Origin: an uncultured Candidatus Rokubacteria bacterium
GTDB taxonomy: Bacteria > Methylomirabilota > Methylomirabilia > Rokubacteriales > CSP1-6
Length of the DNA stretch: 64,000 nt
Assembly (NCBI GenBank): GCA_963747235.1
Contig: CAVVEU010000020.1
Coordinates: forward strand, 32,001 to 96,000
Reading direction: 5' to 3'
In this document: piece by piece, positions 1 to 9,859 of the stretch
How positions within the stretch are numbered: the stretch's first letter is position 1
How the letters are laid out: each line of letters starts with the position of its first letter
Notes under the pieces: generated by a model
What the model was told of the DNA's origin: nothing
The model's input: the letters and a program-made list of their open reading frames with translations, nothing else
Database searches by the model: none
Made by a program: the position numbers and the translations under genes

Positions 1-30
1 GGGCCGCACAAGCCCAGCATGGCTCGACAT
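1..30 (-). CDS. probable 5' end of a gene running off the window edge (MSSHAGLVRP...)
   Basis: ATG at 30-28, 8 nt downstream of a candidate -10 box; only 10 codons visible. Confidence 0.3.
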   Translation of the reverse strand, partial: MSSHAGLVRP

Positions 31-38
31 TGAATCGC

Positions 39-67
39 AGTGTAAGGCCGCGACCCCGATTGATCAA
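39..67 (-). promoter_or_regulatory. candidate sigma70 promoter TTGATC-N17-TACACT
   Basis: Minus-strand -35 TTGATC (67-62), 17-nt spacer, -10 TACACT (44-39), in an AT-richer intergenic patch. Confidence 0.5.
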
Positions 68-113
68 TGAAAATCGAGGGTTTGGAGCGTGCGCCTCGGT
101 GGGCGCCGGGCGA

Positions 114-1215
114 TCAGCGGCGGAGGAGGTCGTAGAGGGCGGTGAACGCCTGGGCCTGCGCGGCGTAGGTGAAGCGCTCGACGGAGGCCCGCGCGCGCGC
201 GGCCCAGCCGCCCGCCGGCGCGTCGCGGAGCGCGGCGAGCCCCTCGGCGATCGGCCCGACGGCGGACTCGGCGGCGACCCAGCCGTTCTCCCCGCGGCAC
301 ACGATCTCGGAGCCGCCGGCCCGCGCGCTGCTGAGCACCGGCACGCCCGGAGGCGAGGGCTTCCAGATGCACGTTGCCGAAGGGCTCGTACCGCGCGGGC
401 AGCGCGACCGCGTCGGCGGCGGCATAGAGCCGCTCCACCTCCTCCTTCGGTCCGGTCCAGATCGTGCGGTCGGCGATGCCGAGGCTCGCGGCGAGGCTCT
501 GGTAGCGCGCCACGTCTCCCTTTCCGGTCACGACCAGCCGGCTTTCCGCGTCCGCCACGCGCGCGAAGGCCTCGAGCAGCGGGTCCAGGCCCTTGCGCTC
601 GAAGCCCGAGCCCACGAAGAGCACGGTCCACGCCTCCTGGGGAATGCGCAGCGCATCGCGCGTCGGGCGGCGGTGGCGGCCTCGGTTGTCCGGATGGAAG
701 CGCTCGAGGTCGACGCCGTTGTAGATGAGCGTCACCCGCGCCGGATCGGTGCCGAACCGCCGCTCGATCTCCTCCTTGCCCTGCCGCGAGATCGCCACCA
801 CGTGGCGCGCGGTGCGGAGCTGGAAGATGCGCCGCTCGAGCGCCAGGACCAGACGATGGTACGGGTTGAGCCCCGAGACCTTCCGTCCCATCGCCTCGAG
901 GTAGGCGGCGTGGCAGCCCTCGCCCGCGCGATAGAGATCCTGGCCGAGCGCGCGCTCGTGACTCTGCACGAGGTCGTATCCGTGCCGCGCCACCGCGGCC
1001 CGCGCCGCCACCACGAACGAGATCAGGCGGAGCACGGAGGGATGGCGCAGCGTCGGCACGCGGCGCACCACGAGGCCGGGCACCGACGCCTGCCGGCGCG
1101 TGCTGATCAGCTCGACGTCGTGGCCGGCGTGGCGGAGCGCGGTGAGCAGGCCCGCGGTCGCGGTCTCGACGCCGCCGTGGAAGGAGAACGGCCGGCAGAT
1201 GAGGCCCAGGCGCAT
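114..1215 (-). CDS. GT4 glycosyltransferase, WaaG/RfaG-like LPS core transferase (frameshift near 350)
   Basis: MRLGLICRPFSFHGGVE..., LFVGSGFERKG and EPFGNVHLEALASG motifs; C-terminus continues in the 114..425 frame (GVPVLSS...ERFT). Confidence 0.8.
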
Positions 1216-2348
1216 CAGCGCCCCATCCCGCGCGCCCGCTCGACCAGGGGGAAGAGCGCGCGGCGCGCGGACTCGAAGCTGTAGCGGTCCACCGCCCGGC
1301 GCCGGGCCGCCTCCCCCAGCGCGCGCGCCTCGTCGGGCCGGTCGAGCAGGCGCCCGATGGCCGAGGCGAGCGCGGCCACGTCGCCCGGCGGGACCAGCGC
1401 CCCGCAGCCCTCGAGGATCTCCGGGATCATGGAGACCCGCGTGGAGACGATCGGCCGCCCCAGGGCCATGGCGTCGAAGAGCTTCGCCGGCACCTGGCCA
1501 CGCGTGTCGCTGCTCTCGCGCTGCGGGACGACGACCACGTCGGCGGCGGAGAGGAAGCCCGGGACCTGCGCGATGGGGACCCGCCCGACCAGGCGGATGC
1601 CCGGATGCCGGGCGCTCAGGGCGCGGCCGGTATCCGATGTCGGCGCCGTGCCGACCAGGGCCAGGACGACGTCCGGCCGGCCGAGCCGACCCACGGCGTC
1701 GGCCAGATCCTCCACCCCCTTGTAGCCCCGGGGGGTCCCGAGGAACATGACGACGCGCTCCTTGTCCACGCCGAGGCGCTCCCGCGCGGGTCCCGGGTCG
1801 GCGCGGCCCGGCGCCCAGCGGTCGGTGTCCCGGACATGCGGGATCAAGACGCCGCCGAATCGCTGCTCGAGAAAGCGCGAGGCGACGGTGACACCGTCGG
1901 CGATTCCCCTCAGCCGCTCCATCAGCCACGTCCACGTAAGGCCCCGTGGATTGGAGAGATTCATCGCTCGCCCGATCGTTCCCCACACGCCGCCTCGGAG
2001 GAAGAAGCCGACCTCCCAGTCGTCGATGTCGAGGAGCAGCGGTCGGCGGCGCCCGAGGCGGGCGAGATAGCCGACGCCGGCGCTGGTCAGCCGGGGCTTG
2101 GAGGCGTAGATCAGATCGCCGTCGGCCATCCGGAGCAGGGCCGGCAGGCGCGCCGCGAAGCCTGGGAGCCGCCCGCCCGGGACCGATCGCACCGGCACCT
2201 GCTCGTCCGCCACGGGCTCCCAGACGGTCGCGCCGAAGCGCGGCCCGATGATCTCCACCGCCCCGACCGGCTCCAGCAGCCGCGCGAGCAGCCACGCGCG
2301 CCCCATCGCGTTGTCCGAGACGTCGAAGCAGAGGATCGAGACCTTCAC
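1215..2348 (-). CDS. GT4 glycosyltransferase
   Basis: GTG start VKVSILCFDVSDNAMGR; FLGTPRGYKG and PAKLFDAMALGRPIV GT-B motifs. Confidence 0.8.
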   Translation of the reverse strand: MKVSILCFDVSDNAMGRAWLLARLLEPVGAVEIIGPRFGATVWEPVADEQVPVRSVPGGRLPGFAARLPALLRMADGDLIYASKPRLTSAGVGYLARLGRRRPLLLDIDDWEVGFFLRGGVWGTIGRAMNLSNPRGLTWTWLMERLRGIADGVTVASRFLEQRFGGVLIPHVRDTDRWAPGRADPGPARERLGVDKERVVMFLGTPRGYKGVEDLADAVGRLGRPDVVLALVGTAPTSDTGRALSARHPGIRLVGRVPIAQVPGFLSAADVVVVPQRESSDTRGQVPAKLFDAMALGRPIVSTRVSMIPEILEGCGALVPPGDVAALASAIGRLLDRPDEARALGEAARRRAVDRYSFESARRALFPLVERARGMGR

Positions 2349-3469
2349 CGCGCCGGCCGCGCCGAGTCCACCGCGAGCGACAGGTAGAGGGCGGTCAGGC
2401 GCTCGGCGAGCCGGGCGCCCGAGAAGCGCTCGCGCACCAGCTCGGCGCCGGCCGCGCCCAGGCGCCGGCGGAGGGCCGCGTCGCGCAGGAGGCGCTCGAT
2501 GGCCGCCGCGAGGGGCACGGATTCTCCGGCCGGCACCAGCAGCGCGGTGACGTCGTCTTCCAGCACCTCGGGCACCACGCCCACGCGGGTCGCCACGACC
2601 GGCACGGCCGCGGCCAGGTACTCCCAGAGCACGCGCGACATGCCGTCGGACTCGAGCGCCGCGTAGAGCGCCACGTCGAGCGCCGCCATCACCATGGGCA
2701 GCTCGTCCACGAAGCCGACCAGGGAGACGCGGTCGGCGAGCCCGGCCGCGTGCACGAGCCCGCGCACGCGCTCGGCGAACGGTCCCTGCCCGATGAAGAC
2801 CAGGTGGAACGGCAGCCCGGTGGCGGCGAGGCGGGCCGCCGCCGCCACCACGGTCTCGTGCCCCTTCATGACCCGGAAGCCCCCGACCAGGCCGATCAGC
2901 GGGACGTCCGGCGACACCTTCAGCAGCCCGCGCGCGTCGAGGCCGTGCGCCGGCGGCACGTCCGGGCGATAGCGCTCGGCGTCCACGCCGCCCGGCAGCG
3001 CCACCACCCGGTCCTCCGGGGCCAGCCCGCTCGCGACGATCTGGCGGCGGATCGCGTCGGTGACGGTGACGATGAGGTCGGTCGCGGAGCCATAGAGCCA
3101 GCGGTTCAGCGCGTGCGGCCGGATGGGCTGCACGATGTGCCGCGTGCGCACGATGGCCCGGCGGGGGCTCGACATCCGGTTGGCGAGCGCGGCCAGCCAG
3201 TGCTCCTTGCCGCGATGGACGTGGAACACCTGCGTCTCGGGCAGCCACGCGACGAGCTGGCGCACGTCGCGCACGTCCATGATCGGCGAGACCCCGCTCG
3301 AGAGGTGCAGCGTCTCGAGCCGCTCGATGCCCGCCTCCTTCGCGCGCCGCATGACGCGGACCTGGCTGCTCTTCTTGCAGACGAGCGTCACGTCGTGCCC
3401 CGCCCGCTCGAGCTCCACCACCGCCCGCGCCGCCCAGTACGCATCCGAAGACCACCCCCGACACGACAC
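2345..3469 (-). CDS. GT4 glycosyltransferase (start uncertain)
   Basis: GGFRVMKGH and SDGMSRVLWEYLAAAVPVVAT GT4 signatures; in-frame TGA just upstream, so the true start may be frameshifted. Confidence 0.8.
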   Translation of the reverse strand: MSCRGWSSDAYWAARAVVELERAGHDVTLVCKKSSQVRVMRRAKEAGIERLETLHLSSGVSPIMDVRDVRQLVAWLPETQVFHVHRGKEHWLAALANRMSSPRRAIVRTRHIVQPIRPHALNRWLYGSATDLIVTVTDAIRRQIVASGLAPEDRVVALPGGVDAERYRPDVPPAHGLDARGLLKVSPDVPLIGLVGGFRVMKGHETVVAAAARLAATGLPFHLVFIGQGPFAERVRGLVHAAGLADRVSLVGFVDELPMVMAALDVALYAALESDGMSRVLWEYLAAAVPVVATRVGVVPEVLEDDVTALLVPAGESVPLAAAIERLLRDAALRRRLGAAGAELVRERFSGARLAERLTALYLSLAVDSARPAR

Positions 3470-3504
3470 GATATGCCTGAGTCACGGACGCGGTCGCCTG
3501 CGCA

Positions 3505-3575
3505 CGGTTGTCCGCGGCACTGGGGGAGTGCGGGGGCCATTTCTGGCCCCCGCATCGATAGAGCTCAAAGAACTA
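3505..3575 (-). repeat. dispersed REP-like palindromic element, copy A
   Basis: Minus strand reads ...gagctctatcgATGCGGGGGCC-agaaat-GGCCCCCGCActcccccagtgccgcggacaaccg; nearly identical to 29962-30031. Confidence 0.75.
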
Positions 3576-3594
3576 GACGAGTATCCGCAGGAGC

Positions 3595-4728
3595 TCATCG
3601 CGTCTTCCGCGACCGAAGCGCGCTCTCGTACACCGACTCCACGCGCGCCGCGTGCGCCTCCGACCCGTAAAGCGCCCGCGCCCGCTCTCGCCCCGCGCGC
3701 CCCATCGCCGCCGCCCGCTCCGGCTCCGCGATCAGCGCGCGGAGCGCGGCGGCCACCGATTCAGGCCGGTCGTCGTCCACCAGCAGTCCGGTCACGCCGT
3801 GCACCACGGTCTCGGGCAGCGCGCCCACGCGGCGGCCGACCACCGGTCGCCCGGCCGCCATGGCCTCCAGCGCGGCCCGGCAGGATTCGTCGGAGCCCGC
3901 GCCCAGCAGCGCGAAGGCGTCGAGCGCCTGGAGGACGCCGGGCAGATCCACGTCGCGATAGCCGGTGAAGAGGACCTCGCGCGTCAGGCCGAGCTCGCCG
4001 ACCAGGGCCTCGAGGCCCGCCCGCGCCTCCCCCTTGCCGACCAGGAGGAGCCGGGCGCCCGGGTATTCCGCGAGCAGCAGCCGGAAGCCGCGGATCAGCA
4101 GCTCGTGGCCGCGGCGCGGCGCGAGGCGGGCCACGCAGCCCAGCACCGGCGCGCCGCCCAGGTCGAACTCCTTGCGGATGGCGGCACCGCCGTCGCCGGT
4201 CTCGAATCGCGCGAGGTCCACCACGCCGTCCACTCGCGCGAGGCGGCCGGCGGGAATGCCCGCGCGCCGGCCGCGCGCCTCGATCTCCCGGCTCACCGTG
4301 AGCAGCGCGTCGGTGCGCCGGTAGAGCGTGGTGGACGGCCAGTCGAGGCGCACCGCGCGGGCATTGTGGAACGTGCGGACGAGCGCGGCCGGCCCGCGGC
4401 CCCGCGCCAGCCAGCCCAGCCAGTGATCGTGGGAGTGGTGCGTGTGGATCACGTCGACGCCCTCGGCGCGCATGATGGCGCGCACGCGGCGAAGATCCGC
4501 GAGCGCGTGGAGCGGGTTGCCCCGGACTTCCAGGGAGAGCCCCGGCAGCGGCTCGAGGCCGGCCTCGCGCGCCTTCTGCTCGAAGCGGTCGCCCGCGATG
4601 AGCCCGAGCAGGACGCGGTGCCCGCGTCCCCGGAGCCCGGTGAGCAGGCGGATCACCGGCTCGGCGCTGCCCGTCCACCAGCGATTGGCCACGAGGTGCA
4701 GCACGGTCAGCGGCCGGCCCGGGCTCAT
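3595..4728 (-). CDS. GT4 glycosyltransferase
   Basis: MSPGRPLTVLHLVANRWWTG; VARLAPRRGH and SDESCRAALEAMAAGRPVV motifs. Confidence 0.82.
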   Translation of the reverse strand: MSPGRPLTVLHLVANRWWTGSAEPVIRLLTGLRGRGHRVLLGLIAGDRFEQKAREAGLEPLPGLSLEVRGNPLHALADLRRVRAIMRAEGVDVIHTHHSHDHWLGWLARGRGPAALVRTFHNARAVRLDWPSTTLYRRTDALLTVSREIEARGRRAGIPAGRLARVDGVVDLARFETGDGGAAIRKEFDLGGAPVLGCVARLAPRRGHELLIRGFRLLLAEYPGARLLLVGKGEARAGLEALVGELGLTREVLFTGYRDVDLPGVLQALDAFALLGAGSDESCRAALEAMAAGRPVVGRRVGALPETVVHGVTGLLVDDDRPESVAAALRALIAEPERAAAMGRAGRERARALYGSEAHAARVESVYESALRSRKTR

Positions 4729-5804
4729 GCGAGCAGCTCGTCGTAGACGGCGAGCAGGCGGTCGATCGCGTGGGTGTGCGAGAAGCGCGCCTCCACGAGG
4801 GCGCGCGCCGCGCGGGCCCGCTGCGCCGCCGCTTCGGGGTCGTCCAGCACGCGCTCGATCCCGGCCGCGAGCCCCTCGACCGATTCGCTCTCGACGAGCA
4901 GTCCCGTCAGGCCGTCGGCCACCACCTCGGGAATGCCGCCGATCCGGCTCGCCACCACCGGCACACCGGTGGCGAACGCCTGCAGCAGGGCCTGCGGCAC
5001 GCCCTCGGTGCGCGTGGACGCCTGGGCGAAGCAGTCCATGGTGGCGAGCAGGGCCGGCACGTCGGGGCGGAAGCCGGTGAAGACGACCGCGTCCGAGAGC
5101 TTCGCCTCGCGCGCGAGCTGCTCGACCCAGTTGCGCCGGATCCCGTCGCCGACCAGGAGGAGCGTGGCGCCGGGCCGCTTCTCGCGCACCATCGCGAAGG
5201 CCTGGAGGAGCTGCGGGTGGCCCTTGGACCCTCGGAACATCGCGACCGAGCCGATGACCGGGTGGCCCAGGCCGAGCTCGCGCGCGGTCTCCGGCGCGCG
5301 GGCGCCGAACGGGAAGGACTCGAGGTTCACGCCGGCCGGGATCGCGATGACCCGCCCGGGCGGCACGCCCACCTCCACGACCAGTCGGCGGATGGCCTCC
5401 CCGCTCGTGATCACGCGGTCGGCGAGCCAGCGATAGACCGGGTTGAAGCCGCGGCGGATGGCGATCGAGACGTGCCGGGTGCGCACCACCGGCACGCGGC
5501 AGAGCCGGGCGGCCATGCCGCCGAGCCAGGCGTCGATGGAGCTGTGCGTGTGCACCAGGCTCACCCGCTCGCGCCGGATCAGCCGCACCAGGCCGACGAG
5601 CGCGCGCAGATCCACGGGACCGGTCATGCGGATCGGCGCGGTCTCGAGGCCGGCGGCGCGCGCCCGCTCCAGCAGGCGCCCGTCGGGCTGGCCGGCCACC
5701 AGCACGCGCCACCCCCGCTCCACCGTCCAGCGCGCCTCGTTGAGCGTGCGCACCTCCTGGCCGCCCAGGCCCGGCGAGGCTTCCGTGTGCAGGACCGTCT
5801 TCAC
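4725..5804 (-). CDS. GT4 glycosyltransferase
   Basis: VKTVLHTEASPGLGGQE; AMFRGSKGH and EGVPQALLQAFATGVPVV motifs. Confidence 0.82.
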   Translation of the reverse strand: MKTVLHTEASPGLGGQEVRTLNEARWTVERGWRVLVAGQPDGRLLERARAAGLETAPIRMTGPVDLRALVGLVRLIRRERVSLVHTHSSIDAWLGGMAARLCRVPVVRTRHVSIAIRRGFNPVYRWLADRVITSGEAIRRLVVEVGVPPGRVIAIPAGVNLESFPFGARAPETARELGLGHPVIGSVAMFRGSKGHPQLLQAFAMVREKRPGATLLLVGDGIRRNWVEQLAREAKLSDAVVFTGFRPDVPALLATMDCFAQASTRTEGVPQALLQAFATGVPVVASRIGGIPEVVADGLTGLLVESESVEGLAAGIERVLDDPEAAAQRARAARALVEARFSHTHAIDRLLAVYDELLA

Positions 5805-6797
5805 GCCACGGCCTGCCTGACCTCGTGCAGCACCTCGTCCGGCTCGATCCGGGTGAGGCAGACATGGTCGATGGGACAGCGCGGGAGAAAGCACGGCGCG
5901 CACGGCGCCGCGCGATCGAGGGTCCGGCTGTGGCGGCCGCGGGGGGCGGTGAGCCGGCGATCGGTCGGTCCGAAGAGCGTGACGGTGGCCACGTCCATCG
6001 CGGCGGCCAGGTGCGCGACGCCGGTGTCGCCGCTCACGAGGCAGCGCAGGCGCGCGAGCAGGCGCGGCAGCAGCGCGGGCCGGTCGCGCCCGACGAGCGA
6101 CGCGATCGGCCCGCCGGCCGCGAGGGTGACCGCGGCGACGGTGTCCGTGTCGTCGCCGGTGCCCAGCAGGACCGGCGTGAGCCCGGCCGCGGCGAGCCGT
6201 TGCGCGAGGCGCCCGAAGGCCTCCGCGGGCCAGAGCTTCGAGCTGCCGAAGGCCGCGCCCAGATGGAGGCCGACGAGGCGCGCGTCGGCCGCGACGCCCG
6301 GCCTCGACCAGGAGCCGCGCGATCTCGGCGTCCATCGCGTCATCTCGTCGCAGCGTCCATGCCGGCGCCGCGGCGACATCGTTCACGCCGAGCGGCGCCA
6401 GCAGCGCCGCGTACTCGTCCACCTGGTGCAGGCGCGGGGCGGGCAGCGGCAGCGCGTCGGTGAGGAACGCCGCGCGCCCGTCGGTGGCGTAGCCCACGCG
6501 GCGCGCCGCGCGCCAGCGCCAGGCCGCCAGGGCCGACTCGATGGAGCTCGGCAGGAGCACCGCCACGTCGGCGCGCTCGGCCGCGAGCGCCCGCGCCAGG
6601 CGTCGCCGCGCCGCGAGCGGCTTCGGGTAGGACAGGACGACATCGGCGACCCCCTGCCCGGCCAGCAGCGGGGCCCAGCGCCCGACGAGGGTGATGCGCG
6701 CGCCCGGCTCGGCGGCGCGGAGCGCGGCCAGCGTGGGGAGCGCCATCACGGTGTCGCCCAGCCAGTTCGGAGTGCGGACGACGATCGCCGCGCTCAT
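5801..6797 (-). CDS. waaF: ADP-heptose:LPS heptosyltransferase II, GT9 (frameshift near 6300)
   Basis: VRTPNWLGDTVMALP N-terminus; GAAFGSSKLWP and VSGDTGVAHLAAA in the second frame; CAPCFLPRCP C-terminus. Confidence 0.8.
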
Positions 6798-7919
6798 GAG
6801 CAGGGACGGCCCAGCGGCGCGGCGGACAGCACGCCCGCGAGCAGCCGCGACCAGTGATCCTGTCCCGATTCGAGCACGAGCCGCACCGGCAGCACCCAGA
6901 GCGGCAGCGGGGACGGCGGCAGATCGCGGAGCCGCACCCAGTCCTTCTCGGTCGTGATGAGGCCCTCGGCCCCGGCCGCGCGGGCATCCTGCACGAGCTC
7001 CCGCAGATCGCCGGGCGTGAACCAGTGGTGATCGGGGAACTCGGCGAAGGCCACGCGCTGGATTCCCGCGGCGTCGAGCGTGTCGGCGAAGCCCTGGGGC
7101 GAGCCGAGCCCCGCGAAGGCCATGAGTCGCCGGCCCGCCAGCTCCGCCACCGGGACCCGCCGGCCGCTCTGCGTCTCGAGGGCGTCCTGGTGGTGGTAGC
7201 TGGCGGCCAGCACCGCCGCGGTGGGATTGAAGCGCCGCACCATCGCGGTCACCGCCTCCACCGGCCCGGGGCCCGCGGGATTGGTCACCACGATCGCGTG
7301 GGCGCGGGCCAGCCCGGCGAGCGGCTCGCGGAGCATGCCGCGGGGAAAGACACGGGCATTGCCCCACGGCGCGCGGCCCTGCACCACGAGGATCTCCAGG
7401 TCCTTCGCGAGCGTCCGGTGCTGGAAGCCGTCGTCGAGCACGAGGGCGGTCGCCCCGAGCCGCTCGACCGCGACCCGGCCGGCCTCGTAGCGATTCTCGC
7501 CCACCACCACCGCGACGCCGGGCAGTCGCTCGGCGAGCAGCAGCGGCTCGTCGCCGGCGGTGCGCGCGTCGGCCCGCACGCCCTCCCGGTCCGCCACGAC
7601 GTGCACGCCACGGGTGACGCGCCCGTAGCCGCGGCTCACCACCGCGGGCACCGCGCCCAGCTCGCGCAGGGTGCGCACCACCAGCTCCACCGTCGGGGTC
7701 TTGCCGCTGCCGCCCAGCGTGAGATTGCCGACCGAGACGACCGCGCAGGGCAGCCGCCCGGTGCGCAGGATCCTGAAGCGATAGGCCAGGTCGCGGAGCG
7801 CGGAGCGCGCCGCGGTAGCCCAGGCTGAGCGCGGAGAGGCCGACCGTCACCACCGGCGTGTCCGGATCGTCCCAGTACCGGCGCAGCAGCACCTCGGGCG
7901 CCCGGCGCGGGGTCGTCAA
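6794..7919 (-). CDS. lpxK: tetraacyldisaccharide 4'-kinase (frameshift near 7800)
   Basis: VVSVGNLTLGGSGKTP P-loop, SRGYG, GDEPLLLA, LDDGFQH, FPDHH and TTEKD motifs. Confidence 0.88.
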
Positions 7920-9206
7920 GGCGCGATGCCCTGAGCCCGCGGCCACAGGTGACGGCCCACCAGGTCGAGCGTGGCACTCACCGCGCCCTGCCGTCCCGCG
8001 AAGGCCTGGCGGGCGGCCTCGCCCATGCGCCGCGGCGAGATCGCGATCTTCCAGCAGGCGCGCGAGCTCGCGCTCGAGCTCGGGGCCGTCCTTCACGAGG
8101 AGCCCGCCCCCGCTGCGCTGCAGCAGCTCCGCGCCCTCGCGGAAGTTGCTCATGTGCGGGCCCACGAGCACCGGCTTGCCGCGCATCGCCGGCTCCAGCA
8201 CGTTGTGCCCGCCGATCGGCACGAGGCTGCCGCCGACGAAGACGACCTCGGCGAGCGCGTAGAGGGCGGCCAGCTCGCCCACGGTGTCGAGGATCACGAC
8301 CGCGCCGGGCGCGGCGTCCGCGGGGAGGCGGCTGCGCCGGGCCGCGACCAGGCCGCGCTCGCGGATCAGCTCCTCGACCTCGCCGGCGCGCTCCGGGTGG
8401 CGGGGCGCCAGCAGCAGGGCCAGATCCGGGCAGCGCGTCCGCGCGCGCAGGAACGCGTCGAGGACGATCGCTTCCTCGCCGCGGTGCGTGCTGCCCGCGA
8501 TCCAGAGCCGCGCGTCCGCGTCGAGGCGTAGCCGCTCGCGCCAGGCGGCGGCGTCATCGCCGGCCGCCTCCGGCACCAGGTCGCTCTTCAGGTTTCCGGT
8601 CACCACCACGCGCGCGGGCGGCGCGCCGAGCGCGATGATCCGCCGCGCGTCCTCCTCGGTCTGCATCGCGAAGACGGAGACGTTCGCGAGCACGCGCCGC
8701 ATCAGCCCGCGGACCCACCGGTAGCGGCGGAACGACCGGTCGGAGATGCGGCCGTTGGCGATCATGGCCGGGATCCGGCGCCGCGCGAGCGCGCGCAGGA
8801 AGTTGGGCCAGAGCTCGGTCTCGATCGCGATGAAGAAGCGCGGGCGCGCAGCGTCGAGCGCGCGCCGCACCGGACCCGGGAGATCGATCGGGAAGTAGCG
8901 ATGGGTGGCGGTGCCGGCGAGGCGCTCGCCCACGATGCGCGCGCCGGTGGGCGTGATCGTGCTGACCACGATGCCGAGCTCCGGCCAGCGATGGCGGATC
9001 CCCTCGACGAGGGGCACCGCCGCCGCCGACTCGCCCACCGAGACCGCGTGGATCCAGCAGCGCGGCTCGGAAGGCAGTCCGTCGCCGAGCCGCCCGAGAC
9101 GCTGGGCGAGGTCCCGGCCGTAGCCCGCCCGGCGGCGCCGGGCCAGGAAGGCCGGCAGGTACGCGAGGAGCCCGACCCCGAGCACCGCGGAGTAGAGCGC
9201 GTACAT
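7916..9206 (-). CDS. waaA: Kdo transferase (frameshift near 8030)
   Basis: WIHAVSVGE, ETELWPN, GNLKSD, AGSTHRGEE, APRHPER and GGHNVLEPA motifs. Confidence 0.9.
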
Positions 9207-9859
9207 CAGCGGCGCGCCTCCTCGTCCACCTGCCAGCTCAGACCGCGGAGCGCGGCTTCCACGTCCTTGCGGGCCGCTTCGTCGGCTTCGGGGCCGGCGG
9301 CGCGCGCGACGTGGATCGGCTCGCCGAAGCGCACCACGCAGCGGGCGAATGGCCGCGGGATCCGGAACTCGTCCCAGGAGTGCAGTCGCCACTCGCGGGC
9401 GGCGCCCACCGCTACCGGCACGATGGGCGCGCCGGAGAGCCGCGCCAGCGCGATCACGCCGGGCTTGAGCACCTCGCGCGGGCCCCGCGGGCCGTCGGGG
9501 ACGACCACCACCTCGTGTCCGTCGCGCAGGGCGCGGGTGAGCGCGCGCAGGGCTTCCCCGCCGCCGCGCGAGGAGGAGCCGCGCACCGGCACGAGGCCGA
9601 AGCGGCGGATCCAGCGCGCCACGATCTCGCCGTCCCGCGACCGACTCGTGAGCGTGTGGGCGCCGCGCCGGCCGTAGAGACAGGGCAGGAGCAGGAGGCG
9701 GCTGTGCCAGAGCGCGTAGATCAGGGGCGCGCGCGCGGCCCAGAGCGGCGCGATCGCCGCCTCCTCGCGCTGAACGCGCAGGGTACCCGCGAGCATCCGC
9801 AGGGCGATCACGCCGAGGACGGGGCCGGCGGCGAGCGCGAGCGCACCCGGGATCTTCAT
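9206..9859 (-). CDS. DUF374 lysophospholipid acyltransferase family protein (LpxJ-like)
   Basis: WHSR, SRSRDGE, VRGSSSRGG, PDGPRGP and SWDEFRIPRPF motifs; lies between lpxB and waaA. Confidence 0.75.
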   Translation of the reverse strand: MKIPGALALAAGPVLGVIALRMLAGTLRVQREEAAIAPLWAARAPLIYALWHSRLLLLPCLYGRRGAHTLTSRSRDGEIVARWIRRFGLVPVRGSSSRGGGEALRALTRALRDGHEVVVVPDGPRGPREVLKPGVIALARLSGAPIVPVAVGAAREWRLHSWDEFRIPRPFARCVVRFGEPIHVARAAGPEADEAARKDVEAALRGLSWQVDEEARR

